Shown here: positions 39,775-55,540 of the stretch, piece after piece
Position numbering within the stretch: the first letter of the stretch is position 1
How the letters are laid out: every line of letters begins with the position of its first letter
Assembly (NCBI GenBank): GCA_044376115.1
Contig: JBILLK010000028.1
Location: 32,001-96,000, forward strand
DNA length: 64,000 bases
Direction: 5' to 3'
Origin: Polyangiaceae bacterium
Lineage (GTDB): Bacteria > Myxococcota_A > Polyangia > Polyangiales > Polyangiaceae
Notes under the pieces: generated by a model
Databases searched by the model: none
What the model saw: only the letters and a program-made list of their open reading frames with translations
Told to the model about the DNA's origin: nothing
Made by a program: the position numbers and the translations under genes

Positions 39775-40761
39775 ATGAACGCTCGCCCGCTGCTCTTCGG
39801 ATTCGTGCTCTTGCTGCAAACAGCGGGCTGCGATAGCGCGCCTGCCAAGCAGCCCGGAACGAGCTCCTCCGCTCGCCAGAGCACGGCCTCTGCAACGGCC
39901 AGCGCGACGAGTTCGCCGACCGCCCAGAGCTCGGCTGCACCCGCGCCGAAGACTGCTCCAACCTCAGCGACCGCGAAGAACCCGCCCTTCCTGTTTCAGG
40001 TCAAGAAAGGAACGGCGGTCAACTTCATCTTCGGCACCATGCATCTCGGCATCGAGCTCGAGCGCGATATCAACCCGGTAGTGCTCGATTCGCTAACGGC
40101 CTCGAGCAAAGCCGCGTTCGAGCTGGATACCGAACACATCGACCCGTTCACTGCCTCCAAGGCGATGATGCTGCCCGAAGGCAAGACGGCGAAAGACGGT
40201 CTGACCGAGGAACAATGGGCCCTGTTGAAGAACAAGGTCGCTGGCATCTTCACGCCCGAATCGGCGCTGCTGCGGATGAAGCCGTGGGCGCTCGGGGCGC
40301 TCTATATGCAGAAGCTCTTGCCCGAATCGGAGCCGATGGATCGCGTGCTTTTGATCCGCGCGCGCGAACAAAAGAAGGAGGTCTTCTTCATGGAGACGAT
40401 GCAAGAGCAGATGGAAATCCTGGAGGTCTCCTTCGATCAGAAGGTGCTGATCGACATGCTCAAAGAGCCCGCAGAGACCGAGCGGATGACGCTCGAGCTT
40501 GCTTCGGCCTACGGCAAAGGTGACCGTGAGTCCTTCGACAAGATCGCCTTCGACCCGGTCGAGATGAAGAAGCACCCGGCGATGTTCGACCTCCTGTTGT
40601 TCAAGCGGAATGACGCTTGGATCCCCAAGCTGAAGCCGCGCTTCGACGACGGCGGCGTGTTTGTCGCGGTCGGTGCGGCCCACGTTATGGGCGAACGCGG
40701 GCTGCTCAAGCAGCTCGAACAACAGGGCTTCGAGGTTTCGCGGGTCGCTCCGCGTCCGTAA
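39775..40761 (+). CDS. TraB/GumN family lipoprotein
   Basis: FIFGTMH, ET..EQ, LL.KRN.AW, FVAVGAAH motifs; TAGC lipobox. Confidence 0.9.
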   Translation: MNARPLLFGFVLLLQTAGCDSAPAKQPGTSSSARQSTASATASATSSPTAQSSAAPAPKTAPTSATAKNPPFLFQVKKGTAVNFIFGTMHLGIELERDINPVVLDSLTASSKAAFELDTEHIDPFTASKAMMLPEGKTAKDGLTEEQWALLKNKVAGIFTPESALLRMKPWALGALYMQKLLPESEPMDRVLLIRAREQKKEVFFMETMQEQMEILEVSFDQKVLIDMLKEPAETERMTLELASAYGKGDRESFDKIAFDPVEMKKHPAMFDLLLFKRNDAWIPKLKPRFDDGGVFVAVGAAHVMGERGLLKQLEQQGFEVSRVAPRP

Positions 40762-40779
40762 GTAGGCGAGCGCTGCGCG

Positions 40780-42675
40780 ATGGAACCGCACCCGCTCCTT
40801 CGCTACGGGCCGCTGCTCTTCGTTGGCTGCTCTTTGCTTCTGTGCAGCTGGCTTTCGAAGCGCACCTTCGCCTGGTTGAGCCGAGCGCGCGTGTGGCTGA
40901 TCGACCGCATGCGCGACGAACTCGAACCGGCGACGCGCGCTTGGCGCTCGTGTGAAGGGCAGCAGGTAACGCTGTTTGGCGTACTGGTTGCGCCGGAGGT
41001 GGAGGCGAGCTCGCTTGCCCTCGAGCACGCCGAACACGCCAAGGTCGCGCGCAGATTGCAGCCGACGTTGTCGCTCGAGGTCGACGGGGAACAGCTCGAG
41101 CTACGCGGAGCCCTCGAGGTGGCCTCCAGCGCTGATGAGCTCGCGATCGAAGAGGTGCGCTACAAGCGGCTCTATCTCGGTGACCGCCTGCATGTGCGTG
41201 GCTTTCTACGCCGCAAGAAAGGTCAGTTGTTCCTGACCGGGGACGGCGAAGAGCAGGCGCTGGTGCTCAACGAGGCCGCCATTCCGGCCTGGCGCAATCC
41301 GTTTGCTGCGCGCTCCAGCGCCCTGATGTTGACCATCCTCGTGATCTGGGGCGCCTCCAGTTTGGCGGCGCTCGCGCTCTTGCGACTTCCGCCGGCGAGC
41401 GACGCGCTGCCGGGGACCCAGCTCGACGCGTTGGTGATTGCGCATGCGGTGCCCATCGCTTCACGCAAGGCCAAAGAGAAGCTGACGCTCGAGCTCGATC
41501 GCCGCATCGGGGAGAGAGATCGTTTCAGCGATCCAACCTTGGAGCAGGTCGTGGTGCTCGCAACCACGCTCGATCCGGACCGCGGCCGCGCCACCCAACG
41601 CTTGGCCGACAGAGGCTTCCGCTCGCGCGCCGGAGCTTTTGCGCACAACTACCCGAGCGAGGTGACCTGCGCGGTGGGCCTGCAAGCGCTGGCCGAAACG
41701 CTCCACGGCGGGGCGGTGCAGAAGTTGATGGAGGTGTGCGGCAGCGTGCCGGGCGACGCCACCAACCGCGCGGCCTTCAAGATGGGGGACTTCATGCGGG
41801 CGGGCAGCCGCGAGTCGGAGTCGATCATTTCGCGCATGCCGATCGAGCCTTCGCTGGAGCCCTCGTGTGCAGCGGGTGGTTACGAGTTCCCGCCGGAGAA
41901 TCAGCCGCTCTGCCGCTTGGTTCATTCGGAGATGCGCCGCTCCTTCAAACGTCAGCTACTCGACGATCTCACGCTGCCGATCGAATTTGCGCGCCGTTGG
42001 CGGCAGGCTGTGCTGCTCGAGCTGGGCGACGCCGATGACGGCGCCTTGGCCTTCAGCCTCGAACCGCAGCGTTATTTGCAAGACCCTGTCAGCGCCGTGC
42101 TCGAACAGCCGATCGCCGTTTATGAAGAGCTGCGGGTGAGTACGCAGGCCAACCTGAAGCCGGCCACCTCGGCGTGGCTCCGTCTGGCGATGGCCGCTGA
42201 GCGCTCGGCGATGGGCCGGCACGACGACGCGCGCGTCTTGGTGGACGAGGCGTGGGGCGAACTGACGATCGGTGATGGCGCCTCCGAGAGCGAGACCGTT
42301 GCGAGCGCGCGCTGGGCCTACGCCATCGCGCTGCGGGCCGAGGACGCAGAGCGCGCCGCCTCCTTCGCCGACTTCCTGCCGAGCGATGACGCGCTGCTCA
42401 CCGTGCGCGAGCCCGAGCTGCGTTTGGCCCGCATCGAGAGCCCGAGCGACGACCTCTCGCTGTGGCTCCGCGAGGGCTTTCCGGCCTGCAGTGAGTGCAC
42501 CTTCTTCGATGAGCTCGCGCGCTTGGCGCTGCGGCGCGATCTGGCGGAGACCAGCGGAGACCTCGAGCTAGTCGCTGATATCGAGCCTATTTTGCGCCGT
42601 TTCGAGGCGGTGTGGCTCAACCGCTTGTTGGCGCTCTCGCTCAAGCTCGCCCAACCAACGTCGACTCCGCCCTGA
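40780..42675 (+). CDS. Hypothetical membrane protein
   Basis: 631-aa ORF with host-like codon usage and two TM segments. Confidence 0.7.
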   Translation: MEPHPLLRYGPLLFVGCSLLLCSWLSKRTFAWLSRARVWLIDRMRDELEPATRAWRSCEGQQVTLFGVLVAPEVEASSLALEHAEHAKVARRLQPTLSLEVDGEQLELRGALEVASSADELAIEEVRYKRLYLGDRLHVRGFLRRKKGQLFLTGDGEEQALVLNEAAIPAWRNPFAARSSALMLTILVIWGASSLAALALLRLPPASDALPGTQLDALVIAHAVPIASRKAKEKLTLELDRRIGERDRFSDPTLEQVVVLATTLDPDRGRATQRLADRGFRSRAGAFAHNYPSEVTCAVGLQALAETLHGGAVQKLMEVCGSVPGDATNRAAFKMGDFMRAGSRESESIISRMPIEPSLEPSCAAGGYEFPPENQPLCRLVHSEMRRSFKRQLLDDLTLPIEFARRWRQAVLLELGDADDGALAFSLEPQRYLQDPVSAVLEQPIAVYEELRVSTQANLKPATSAWLRLAMAAERSAMGRHDDARVLVDEAWGELTIGDGASESETVASARWAYAIALRAEDAERAASFADFLPSDDALLTVREPELRLARIESPSDDLSLWLREGFPACSECTFFDELARLALRRDLAETSGDLELVADIEPILRRFEAVWLNRLLALSLKLAQPTSTPP

Positions 42676-42700
42676 ACGCCAACTCGAGTAGGCTCGCCCC

Positions 42701-43123
42701 ATGAACTCGAACCTTCGCGAACGGTTGCGCCGCATCGTGCGCATCTTGGTCGTGATCGCGATGGTCGCGGTGGGCATCACCCACTTCACCAACCCCGATC
42801 CCTTCGTGCGCATCATGCCGGCCTTCTTGCCGGCCAAGCTCGAGCTCGTATGGCTGAGCGGAGCGATCGAGATCGGCCTCGGCCTGATGTTGTTGCCGAA
42901 GCCAACGCGGCGGCTCGCTTCCTACGGCTTGGTCTTGCTGTTTCTCGCGGTCTTCCCCGCCAACATCAACATGGCGATCAATCAGGTTCAGCTCAATCCC
43001 GAGAGCCCGCTGCCGGTGTGGGCGATGTGGGCTCGCTTGCCGTTTCAGCTTTTGTTCATCGCCGCGGCGCTGTTCGTTGGGCGTGATGGGCTCGTCACAG
43101 AAGCCGAGAAGCAGCCGCGTTGA
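42701..43123 (+). CDS. DoxX-family membrane protein
   Basis: GITHF..P, SGAIEI, AVFPANINMA, RLPFQ motifs. Confidence 0.85.
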   Translation: MNSNLRERLRRIVRILVVIAMVAVGITHFTNPDPFVRIMPAFLPAKLELVWLSGAIEIGLGLMLLPKPTRRLASYGLVLLFLAVFPANINMAINQVQLNPESPLPVWAMWARLPFQLLFIAAALFVGRDGLVTEAEKQPR

Positions 43124-43163
43124 CCGTGGAGTCTTGGCGATCGACGGCCTACCATTGCCCGCG

Positions 43164-45130
<1,967 letters not shown>

Positions 45131-45131
<1 letters not shown>

Positions 45132-46402
45132 TGAAAGACCAAGTTGCAACGAACAACGAGGCGCCCAGCCTGTATAGCCCGTACCGCTTCGCGATCTGGG
45201 GCACGACCTGGCTCTCCTACCTAACCTACTATTTCGGCCGCAAAGGCCTGCCCATCGCCAAGACCAGCATCGCGGAGAACTACGGTTCGTCAGCGCTCTC
45301 CGGCGTCGATACGGGCTACCTCGCGGCCTACGCCGTTGGCCAATATCTACACGGCTTTTGGGGGGACCGGGTTGGTGCACGCTGGCTCATTTCGCTCGGC
45401 ATGGTGGGCTCGGCAGTGTGCTGCTTTGCCTTTGGTGCGTCCTCGTTAGCAGCGCTCTTCTTCGTCGCGTTCCTTGCGAATGGCTTCTTCCAAGCCACCG
45501 GTTGGCCCGGAAACGTCAAGGCGATGGCTGAATGGACCACACCGCAAAACCGCGGCTCGGTGATGGGCTTCTGGGCCTCCTGCTATCAAGTGGGCGGCAT
45601 CGTGGCGACGGTGTTCGCCACCTGGATGATGAGCCGTTGGGGTTGGCGCAGCGCCTTTTGGGGGCCAGCGCTGGTGATCCTCGCCGTTGCCGCGTTGGTC
45701 TTTCTCGTGGTGCGCAGTCCGCGATCGGTGAGCACCGCTCCAGCGAGCGAGCAGCGCAAAGAGGAGCGCGAACTCGAGCGCAGCGCACGCCGAGCCCTGC
45801 TGCGAAACCCGCGCATCTACGCGTATGGCGTCAGCTACTTCTTCATCAAGCTGATGCGCTACAGCCTGCTATTTTGGCTCCCCACGTACCTCGAGAAGGC
45901 GCTGCTCTACGACAAGTCGACGGCCGGCTATCTGTCGACTTCGTTCGAGGTCGGTGGCGTGGTCGGGACCATCGCGCTGGGTCTGCTTTCGGATCGGCTG
46001 CGCAAGCTCTCGCGCGCTGGTTGGGCCTTCGGTTCGCTGATGCTACTGCCGCTGGCGCTGCTGCTTTACCTGCGCATCGGCGGGCTCGGGCTCGGGGCGA
46101 ACTTCGTTGCCATGGCGCTGATTGGCTTCCTCTTGTTCGGGCCTGACGCCATTCTCTCGGGTGCAGCGGCGCAAGACGCAGGCGGTCCCAAGGCCGCGGC
46201 CATCGCCGCGGGCCTCGTCAACGGCATCGGTTCACTCGGCGCAGTGTTGCAAGAAGTAGTCACCAAAGGCGTGTCCCAACGTTACGGCTGGGATGCGCTG
46301 TTCGTCGTCTTCATCGCCTTTGCGCTGCTCGCCGCGGTGACGCTGCTGCCGGTTTTGCGCGAGCGCCCGGACAGCGGCGCAAGCCTCAGGCACCAGAAAT
46401 GA
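45131..46402 (+). CDS. MFS transporter, GlpT/UhpT (organophosphate antiporter)-like
   Basis: YYFGRK, GFFQATGWP, KLMRYSLLFWLP, LFGPD; about 12 TM; TGATG overlap. Confidence 0.9.
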
Positions 46403-46943
46403 CGTTGAACTCGATCTCGTCACCACGCACTTGATAGGTCACGCTGGCTCTCCGACCCAGCGACTGAAGCAGCTCCTCTGCGCCGCGCGCCACCGAGACG
46501 ATGTCGATGGGCTCTGCCCCTTGCCAGCCGCTGAGACGCAATAGAGCTTGGCCTGGGCCCAAGAGCGAGGCCTGGAGCTTGCCCTGATCGAAGGCTTTCT
46601 CGAACAACATCGAAGCGCGCATCACGATCGCCCGATCGTCAATCATGCGACCGATCAGGATCCCCCACGGGCCGCGCAGTGCCTCGCGCACACTCTCAGC
46701 GACGACCTCACCGGCGAGCTGCAACGGGTCTAGCCCAAGCTCGGTCGCGACGGCCTTCGTTACCGACCGCGCCGAAACCTGGTTGCACCAGGAGAGAATG
46801 CCCGCCGATTCATAGTCGTCGCGCTCGGCTGCAGAGACGCGGGCGAGCGCTCGCTCGTAGCCAGCACCGGCTAAGCGACGCAGCACTTCACGCTGACGCA
46901 CGATCAAAAGGCCGCGAACGCGTGCGGCTGCTTGTGAGCTCAC
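46386..46943 (-). CDS. Hypothetical protein resembling myxobacterial DUF2378/V4R-like small proteins
   Basis: ARVRG N-terminus, SW motif, FDQGKL; family assignment tentative. Confidence 0.6.
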   Translation of the reverse strand: MSSQAAARVRGLLIVRQREVLRRLAGAGYERALARVSAAERDDYESAGILSWCNQVSARSVTKAVATELGLDPLQLAGEVVAESVREALRGPWGILIGRMIDDRAIVMRASMLFEKAFDQGKLQASLLGPGQALLRLSGWQGAEPIDIVSVARGAEELLQSLGRRASVTYQVRGDEIEFNVISGA

Positions 46944-46999
46944 CAGGCCGCGACGTTTAGTCGACTCGCGCTCAGGGCTCTAGCGCGAACGACGCAGCT

Positions 47000-47545
47000 T
47001 CACCGTCCCGCGAACGATCCGAGTCGTTGGGTCAGTTCGACCACCGTATTCCAGTTGCGCAGTGTCACTGGCGAGCCTGCCAGCTTGTCCAAGACCGCGG
47101 GTGTGAGCTTGGTTTTAGCGAAGCCGTTGGCGAAGTCGATCCACAGGAGCCCGTCCCGCACGGCGAGCTTCTCCTGCGTCGCCCGGGCCGCGAGCAGCGG
47201 CTCCGCCTCGGGCGCAACCGGCCGTTTCGCGAAGCCCACATGAAGCAGCTTGGCTCGCTCTAGGGCGGCGTCGGGAAACGGATTCGTGCGCGTGAGCGCG
47301 GCAAAGAAGCTGGCCTCATGCACAACCACAGGCACCGCAAAACCAAAGCTCTGCTCGAGCGCGCGCTCCAGCTCCACGGCTAACGCATCAAGCGGCGGCT
47401 CGTGATCAAACAGCAGGTTACCGCTCTGAATGTACGTTTCTATTTTGGTGCAGCCCAACGCTTCGGCGAGCTCTCGCAGCTGGGCCATCGGCACCTTCCG
47501 CTTGCCACCAACATTGATCCCACGCAACAGCGCCACGGCTCGCAT
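47000..47545 (-). CDS. DUF1697 family protein
   Basis: VALLRGINVGG, TYIQSGN, NPF, T.RNWNTV motifs. Confidence 0.92.
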   Translation of the reverse strand: MRAVALLRGINVGGKRKVPMAQLRELAEALGCTKIETYIQSGNLLFDHEPPLDALAVELERALEQSFGFAVPVVVHEASFFAALTRTNPFPDAALERAKLLHVGFAKRPVAPEAEPLLAARATQEKLAVRDGLLWIDFANGFAKTKLTPAVLDKLAGSPVTLRNWNTVVELTQRLGSFAGR

Positions 47546-47598
47546 GGGCGCGAGCATAGCTGCTCGCACAGGGATGGATTAGCGTTGCGTAGCCGCGC

Positions 47599-48906
47599 AT
47601 GAACAGCACTGCCTACCTCTCCGGCTTCGCGAACGAGTTTGCAACGGAGGCGCGCCCCGGCGTCCTCCCCGAAGGGCGCAATTCACCGCAAAGGCCTGCG
47701 TTGGGCCTGTACGCCGAGCAGCTCTCGGGCACGGCCTTCACCGCTCCGCGCGGAGAAAACCGCCGCTCTTGGCTTTACCGTTTGCGGCCCAGCGCCGATC
47801 ATCCGCCCTTCCGTTTGCACGAGCAGCGCGGCTGGTTGAGCGGCCCGTTCGAGGGGCCGGTCTCTCCCAACCGTTTGCGTTGGAACCCGCTTCCCTTCGC
47901 TGGGGCGCCCACCGACTTCGTCAGCGGCATGTTCACCTACGGCGGCAACGGCTCACCGGCGCAACAATCGGGAGCGGCCATTCACGGTTATGTGGCAAGC
48001 CAGTCGATGACCGACGCGGCCTTCTTCAACGCCGACGGAGAGCTGTTGATCGTGCCGCAAGAAGGCGCGCTGCGCTTGGTCACCGAGTTGGGCGTGCTGC
48101 TCGTAGAGCCGTCGGAGATCGCGGTGATCCCGCGTGGAATGCGCGTGCGCGTGGAGCTGATTTCGGCTGCCGCGGAGGGTGAAGCCGCACGCCCGGCGCG
48201 CGGCTACGTGTGTGAGAACTACGGCGCGCCCTTCCGCCTGCCCGAGCTCGGTCCCATTGGCTCCAACGGGCTAGCCAACCCGCGCGATTTTCTGACGCCG
48301 TGCGCCGCCTTCGAGCAGGTGGAGCGGCCCACTTTGCTGATGCAGAAGTTCCACGGTCAGCTCTGGTCCACCACCGTGCAGCACTCACCGTTCGACGTGG
48401 TCGGGTGGCATGGCAATTACGCTCCGTACAAGTACGACCTGCGTAAATTCAACACCATCGGTACGGTCAGCTTCGATCATCCGGACCCTTCGATCTTCAC
48501 CGTGCTTACCTCGCCCACCGACACACGCGGCACCGCCAACGTGGACTTCGTGATCTTCCCACCGCGCTGGATGGTCGGAGAAAACACCTTCCGCCCACCG
48601 TGGTTCCACCGCAACGTGATGAGCGAGTTCATGGGCCTGATCCACGGCGCCTATGACGCCAAAGCCGACGGCTTCGTGCCCGGCGGTGCGTCGCTTCACA
48701 ACTGCATGAGCGCACACGGGCCGGACGTCGCCACCACCGCCAAAGCCATGGCGGCCGAGCTCGTGCCGCACAAGATCGACTCGACGTTGGCCTTCATGTT
48801 CGAGACGCGCTTGGTGATCGCCCCCACCGACCAAGCGCTCGGTAGCCAGGCCCATCAGCAAGACTATGACGCTTGTTGGCAGGGCTTTCCGAGCTCGCGG
48901 CTGTAA
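47599..48906 (+). CDS. hmgA: Homogentisate 1,2-dioxygenase
   Basis: [60 protein letters not shown]. Confidence 0.98.
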   Translation: MNSTAYLSGFANEFATEARPGVLPEGRNSPQRPALGLYAEQLSGTAFTAPRGENRRSWLYRLRPSADHPPFRLHEQRGWLSGPFEGPVSPNRLRWNPLPFAGAPTDFVSGMFTYGGNGSPAQQSGAAIHGYVASQSMTDAAFFNADGELLIVPQEGALRLVTELGVLLVEPSEIAVIPRGMRVRVELISAAAEGEAARPARGYVCENYGAPFRLPELGPIGSNGLANPRDFLTPCAAFEQVERPTLLMQKFHGQLWSTTVQHSPFDVVGWHGNYAPYKYDLRKFNTIGTVSFDHPDPSIFTVLTSPTDTRGTANVDFVIFPPRWMVGENTFRPPWFHRNVMSEFMGLIHGAYDAKADGFVPGGASLHNCMSAHGPDVATTAKAMAAELVPHKIDSTLAFMFETRLVIAPTDQALGSQAHQQDYDACWQGFPSSRL

Positions 48907-48909
48907 GCG

Positions 48910-49590
48910 ATGGAAGGGCACGGCGTCGACTTCAAGCAATCGGCAAAAGCTTTGGCCAAAGCGCTGGCCAAGGCCACCTTCGGCGCGGTGTTGAGCGGCG
49001 GCGCGGTGCTGAGCACCTTCTTCCTGCTGAACCTCGGCTTGAGCTTCGCCTTCTTTTTGCTCGGGGGCTTCGCCGGTGGGGGTCATGGCTCCTTCATCAT
49101 GTTGCCCGTGGCCGTGCTGCCCTTCGTACCGTTCGTGGCGCTCGCTTACGTCTTCACGCAGAAGCGCGCGGTGATGTCGATCGCCGCCGCAGCCCTGGAT
49201 TCGCAGTCAGAAAATCTGGGCAAACTCGGGACCCACTACCTGGGCCGCTTCCTCGAACAGCGTGATAAAGGCGAGCAAGGCGCCAAGCTGCGTGAAGGCT
49301 TCGATAAAGCCTGGTCACGCTTCTTGCGAGCGTCGGAAGCGCCTTGGCCGGTGCGCTTGGCGCTGAGTCAGCTCACCGGCCGCGTGCCGATGGGCGAGAT
49401 CGTCGCGCAGCTCGCCGAGCAGCAAACCCCAACCGAAGACGTTCCGCGTCGCGCGATGGAGCAGGTGGTTTCACGGGCGATTCAGGAGCACGTGGCGCCC
49501 TCCTGGTTAGCGACCGTGCTGCTTCTGGTCGCTAACCTGGCGTGGCTGCCGCTGTGCTTGTGGCTCGTGCAACTCTGGCTCACCCGCTGA
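48910..49590 (+). CDS. Hypothetical membrane protein
   Basis: Starts 3 nt after hmgA; three TM segments. Confidence 0.7.
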   Translation: MEGHGVDFKQSAKALAKALAKATFGAVLSGGAVLSTFFLLNLGLSFAFFLLGGFAGGGHGSFIMLPVAVLPFVPFVALAYVFTQKRAVMSIAAAALDSQSENLGKLGTHYLGRFLEQRDKGEQGAKLREGFDKAWSRFLRASEAPWPVRLALSQLTGRVPMGEIVAQLAEQQTPTEDVPRRAMEQVVSRAIQEHVAPSWLATVLLLVANLAWLPLCLWLVQLWLTR

Positions 49591-49595
49591 GCAGC

Positions 49596-51881
<2,286 letters not shown>

Positions 51882-51909
51882 GGCGCCTTTGTACGCTAAG
51901 CTCTGCGCG

Positions 51910-52614
51910 GTGTGTGGCCGATTCACGCTCACTGTGCCCGGCTTCGACGAACTTTGCGACGCGCTCGGTCTCAGGCCCGAGCCAGCCTCAGCGGCGCTTT
52001 ATCAACCGCGCTACAACATCGCGCCCAGCAACCTCACGTGGGTCCTCACCACATCGAGCGGCGCTGAGTCGACGCAGCTGAGTCGGTCGCGCTGGGGCTA
52101 CCAAGGTGCGGGCTCGGCACAGCGCGCCAAGCCGCTACGCAACGCGCGCGCCGAGCTGTTGAGGAAGGCGGTACCGTTCGAACTCGCGCTCGGGCAGCGA
52201 CGCTGCGTCGTCGTCGCCGACGGCTTTCTCGAGTGGCACGCGAAGGATGATGACCGGCGGCCGTATTGGCTTCGTCCCAGCGATCACGGCCTCATGCTGA
52301 TGGCCGGGGTGTACGCCGAGAACGAGGCCACGAGCAGCTTCGCGATCGTGACCTGCGCGGCGAACGCAGACGTGCAAGACCTTCACCCACGGATGCCTCG
52401 CCTGCTCGATCGCGGCGAGGCGATCGCTTGGCTAGAGCCAGGCTGGGCCCAGCTGCTGACTCCGCCGCCTTCCGGCCGCCTACGCAAGACCCGCGTGTCT
52501 CAACGCGTGAACGCGGTCCGAAACGATGACCCAGCCTGCTTGTTGCCTGAAGACGGCCCAGCCACCGGGACCAACCTGGAGCTGTTCGCTTCGCTCGCAC
52601 GATCGAACTCCTGA
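51910..52614 (+). CDS. SOS response-associated peptidase (SRAP/YedK/HMCES family)
   Basis: GTG 51910 gives (M)CGRF with catalytic Cys2; [23 protein letters not shown]. Confidence 0.9.
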   Translation: MCGRFTLTVPGFDELCDALGLRPEPASAALYQPRYNIAPSNLTWVLTTSSGAESTQLSRSRWGYQGAGSAQRAKPLRNARAELLRKAVPFELALGQRRCVVVADGFLEWHAKDDDRRPYWLRPSDHGLMLMAGVYAENEATSSFAIVTCAANADVQDLHPRMPRLLDRGEAIAWLEPGWAQLLTPPPSGRLRKTRVSQRVNAVRNDDPACLLPEDGPATGTNLELFASLARSNS

Positions 52615-52627
52615 GGTATAACGCCGC

Positions 52628-55540
52628 ATGGCGAACCAGAAGACCGTGCTCAGCGCGCCGCCGCGCGAAGCGGAGACGCTGTTCATCCGCGGCGCTCGCG
52701 AGCACAACCTCGCGATCGATGAGCTGACGCTGCCCAAAGGGCAGCTGGTCGTTTTCACCGGCGTTTCGGGCTCGGGCAAGTCCTCGCTCGCCTTCGACAC
52801 GATCTATGCCGAGGGCCAACGTCGCTATGTCGAGTCGCTCTCCTCCTACGCGCGGCTGTTTCTCGGTCAGCTCGAAAAGCCGAAGTACGATCAAATTCGC
52901 GGGCTGTGCCCGACGGTGGCGATCGAGCAACGCTCTGCCTCGAGCAACCCGCGCTCCACGGTCGGGACCACCACCGAGATCTATGACTACCTGCGGGTGA
53001 TGTTCGCCCGCGTTGGGGATCAGCGCTGTCACACCTGTGGGGCGCTGGCCCAAGGCACCTCCGCCGCGGCGATCGTCGAGGAGATTTTGCGGCTCCCGCT
53101 GAAGACCCGCTGCACTTTGGTGGCGACCATCGCCGAGCACCGCAAGGGCGAGTTTCAGGACGAAATGACGTCGCTCGTGCAGAGCGGGTACCGCCGATTG
53201 CGGATCGACGGCAAGGTCGAGCTGATCGAAGAGGCGGTGCCCAAGCTCGATAAGAACAAGAAGCACACGATCGAGGTGATCGTGGACCGCGTGGTGGTCA
53301 ACCCGGACGGCCGGGCCAAGCTGACCGACAGCGTCGAGGCGACGTTGAAGTTGGGCAAAGGCCGGCTGCTGGTCGAGGTGGAAGGCGCGGCTCCGCAACG
53401 CTTCTCCGAAAAGCGCGCCTGCCCCAATTGCAACATCGAGCTTCCGGAGCCCACGCCGCAGAGCCTCTCGTACAACTCGCCGCTCGGCATGTGCCCCGAT
53501 TGCAACGGCCTCGGCACCAAGCTCGAAGTGGACGCGCGAGCGATCGTGCCGAACCCCAAGCTCTCGATCGATGAGGGTGCTGTCGCGCCGTGGCGCAATG
53601 TCTCGGAGAGCTCGGGCTGGACGGCGCGCATCGTCACGGCGCTGTGCTCGAAGCTGGGCGTTGCTCGCGATGTGCCGTGGAACAAGCTCCCGCCGAAGAA
53701 GCGGGAGGCGCTGCTCTATGGCACCGGCGACCAGCGCATCGAGGTCAAGTGGGACAGCAAGAACAGCAAAGGCGCCTGGGCCATGAAGTGGGAGGGCCTA
53801 TGCAACCAGGTGCTGCGTCGCTTCGAGGCCACCGAGAGTGAGGCCATGCGCGACAAGTACCGCGGCTACCTGCACGAGGCGCCCTGCAGCAGCTGTGGCG
53901 GCTCGCGCCTGCGCGCCGAGGCGCGCAGCATCTTCCTCGGGGACAAAAGCATCGTGGACGTGTTGCGCATGTCGATCTCCACGGCGGACCGCTTCTTTCG
54001 CGGGCTCGGCCTGTCTGGCGTCAAACTGCAGATCGCCACCGAGGTGCAGAAGGAGATCCAACATCGGCTCGGCTTCCTGGTGGACGTCGGGCTCGACTAC
54101 TTGACGTTGGACCGCGCAACCGCCTCGCTCTCCGGCGGAGAGGCGCAGCGCATTCGCTTGGCGGCCCAACTCGGCAGCGAGCTCTCCGGCGTGATGTACG
54201 TGCTCGATGAGCCATCGATCGGCCTGCATCAACGCGACAACTTGCGCCTCTTGCGCACGCTGCAGAACCTGCGTGGGCTGGGCAACAGCGTGATCGTGGT
54301 CGAGCACGACGCTGACACCATCCGCGAGGCCGATCACGTGGTGGACTTCGGCCCGGGAGCCGGCAAGTTCGGTGGCAAGGTGGTCGCGCAGGGAACGCCG
54401 GCCGAGTTGATGGCCAACCCCGACTCGCTGACCGGGCGCTTCCTCGCGGGCAAAGAGAGCATCGGTACGCCCGGCGTACGGCGCAAACCAACAGGCTTCA
54501 TCACCATCACCGGCGCCACCGAGAACAACCTCAAGAACGTGAGCGTCAAGTTCCCGCTCGGCGTTTTCTGCGCGGTTACGGGGGTGAGCGGAGCCGGCAA
54601 GTCCAGCTTGGTCAACGGCATCCTCAAGCCGGCTCTCGCGCGCGAACTCAATGGCTCCCAAGACCCGGTCGGCGCGCATGAAGAGCTGAGCGGCCTCGAT
54701 GGCGTGGACAAAGTGATCGTGATCGATCAGCTGCCCATCGGCCGCACCCCGCGCTCAAACCCAGCGACCTACTCCAAGCTGTTCGACTTGATTCGCGATG
54801 TCTTCGCGCAAACCAAGGAAGCTCGCGCTTACGGCTACGCGCCCGGCCGCTTCTCCTTCAACGTGAAGGGCGGTCGCTGCGAGACTTGCGAGGGCGGTGG
54901 CATGCGTTCGATCGAGATGCACTTCCTGCCCGACGTCTTCGTCACCTGCGAGGCCTGCGGCGGCAAACGCTACAACGACGCGACGCTGCGCGTGACCTTC
55001 CGCAATCGCACCATCGCCGACGTATTGGCGCTCAGCGTGGATGAAGCGCTTGGCGTTTTCGAGAACGTCCCGGCGATTGCGCGGATCCTCGAAACGTTGA
55101 AGGAAGTTGGTCTCGGCTATGTCTCGTTGGGGCAGCCGGCGACAACCCTCTCCGGCGGTGAGGCCCAACGGGTGAAGCTCGCCAAAGAGCTCGCGCGGCG
55201 AGACACCGGGCGCACCATCTACATCTTGGATGAGCCGACCACCGGCCTGCACTTCTCCGACGTTCGCCAATTGCTCGGCGTACTCGAACGCTTGGTGGAG
55301 GCCGGCAATACGGTGCTCGTGGTCGAGCACAACCTGGAGGTGATCCGCATGGCGGACTGGCTGATCGATCTCGGGCCTGAAGGCGGCGCTGGCGGCGGTA
55401 CCATTCTGGCCGAGGGCACACCGGAACAGGTAGCCCTGGTCGAGAGCTCGCACACCGGCCAGTTTTTGAAGCCGCTGCTTGCTCCGCCCGTACTCAAGAA
55501 GGCCTCATCCAAACGACCGAAACAGGAAGCTCGACCATGA
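52628..55540 (+). CDS. uvrA: Excinuclease ABC subunit A
   Basis: GAREHNL, TGVSGSGKSSLAFDT, two LSGGEAQR signatures, zinc fingers, PIGRTPRSNPATY. Confidence 0.98.
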   Translation: MANQKTVLSAPPREAETLFIRGAREHNLAIDELTLPKGQLVVFTGVSGSGKSSLAFDTIYAEGQRRYVESLSSYARLFLGQLEKPKYDQIRGLCPTVAIEQRSASSNPRSTVGTTTEIYDYLRVMFARVGDQRCHTCGALAQGTSAAAIVEEILRLPLKTRCTLVATIAEHRKGEFQDEMTSLVQSGYRRLRIDGKVELIEEAVPKLDKNKKHTIEVIVDRVVVNPDGRAKLTDSVEATLKLGKGRLLVEVEGAAPQRFSEKRACPNCNIELPEPTPQSLSYNSPLGMCPDCNGLGTKLEVDARAIVPNPKLSIDEGAVAPWRNVSESSGWTARIVTALCSKLGVARDVPWNKLPPKKREALLYGTGDQRIEVKWDSKNSKGAWAMKWEGLCNQVLRRFEATESEAMRDKYRGYLHEAPCSSCGGSRLRAEARSIFLGDKSIVDVLRMSISTADRFFRGLGLSGVKLQIATEVQKEIQHRLGFLVDVGLDYLTLDRATASLSGGEAQRIRLAAQLGSELSGVMYVLDEPSIGLHQRDNLRLLRTLQNLRGLGNSVIVVEHDADTIREADHVVDFGPGAGKFGGKVVAQGTPAELMANPDSLTGRFLAGKESIGTPGVRRKPTGFITITGATENNLKNVSVKFPLGVFCAVTGVSGAGKSSLVNGILKPALARELNGSQDPVGAHEELSGLDGVDKVIVIDQLPIGRTPRSNPATYSKLFDLIRDVFAQTKEARAYGYAPGRFSFNVKGGRCETCEGGGMRSIEMHFLPDVFVTCEACGGKRYNDATLRVTFRNRTIADVLALSVDEALGVFENVPAIARILETLKEVGLGYVSLGQPATTLSGGEAQRVKLAKELARRDTGRTIYILDEPTTGLHFSDVRQLLGVLERLVEAGNTVLVVEHNLEVIRMADWLIDLGPEGGAGGGTILAEGTPEQVALVESSHTGQFLKPLLAPPVLKKASSKRPKQEARP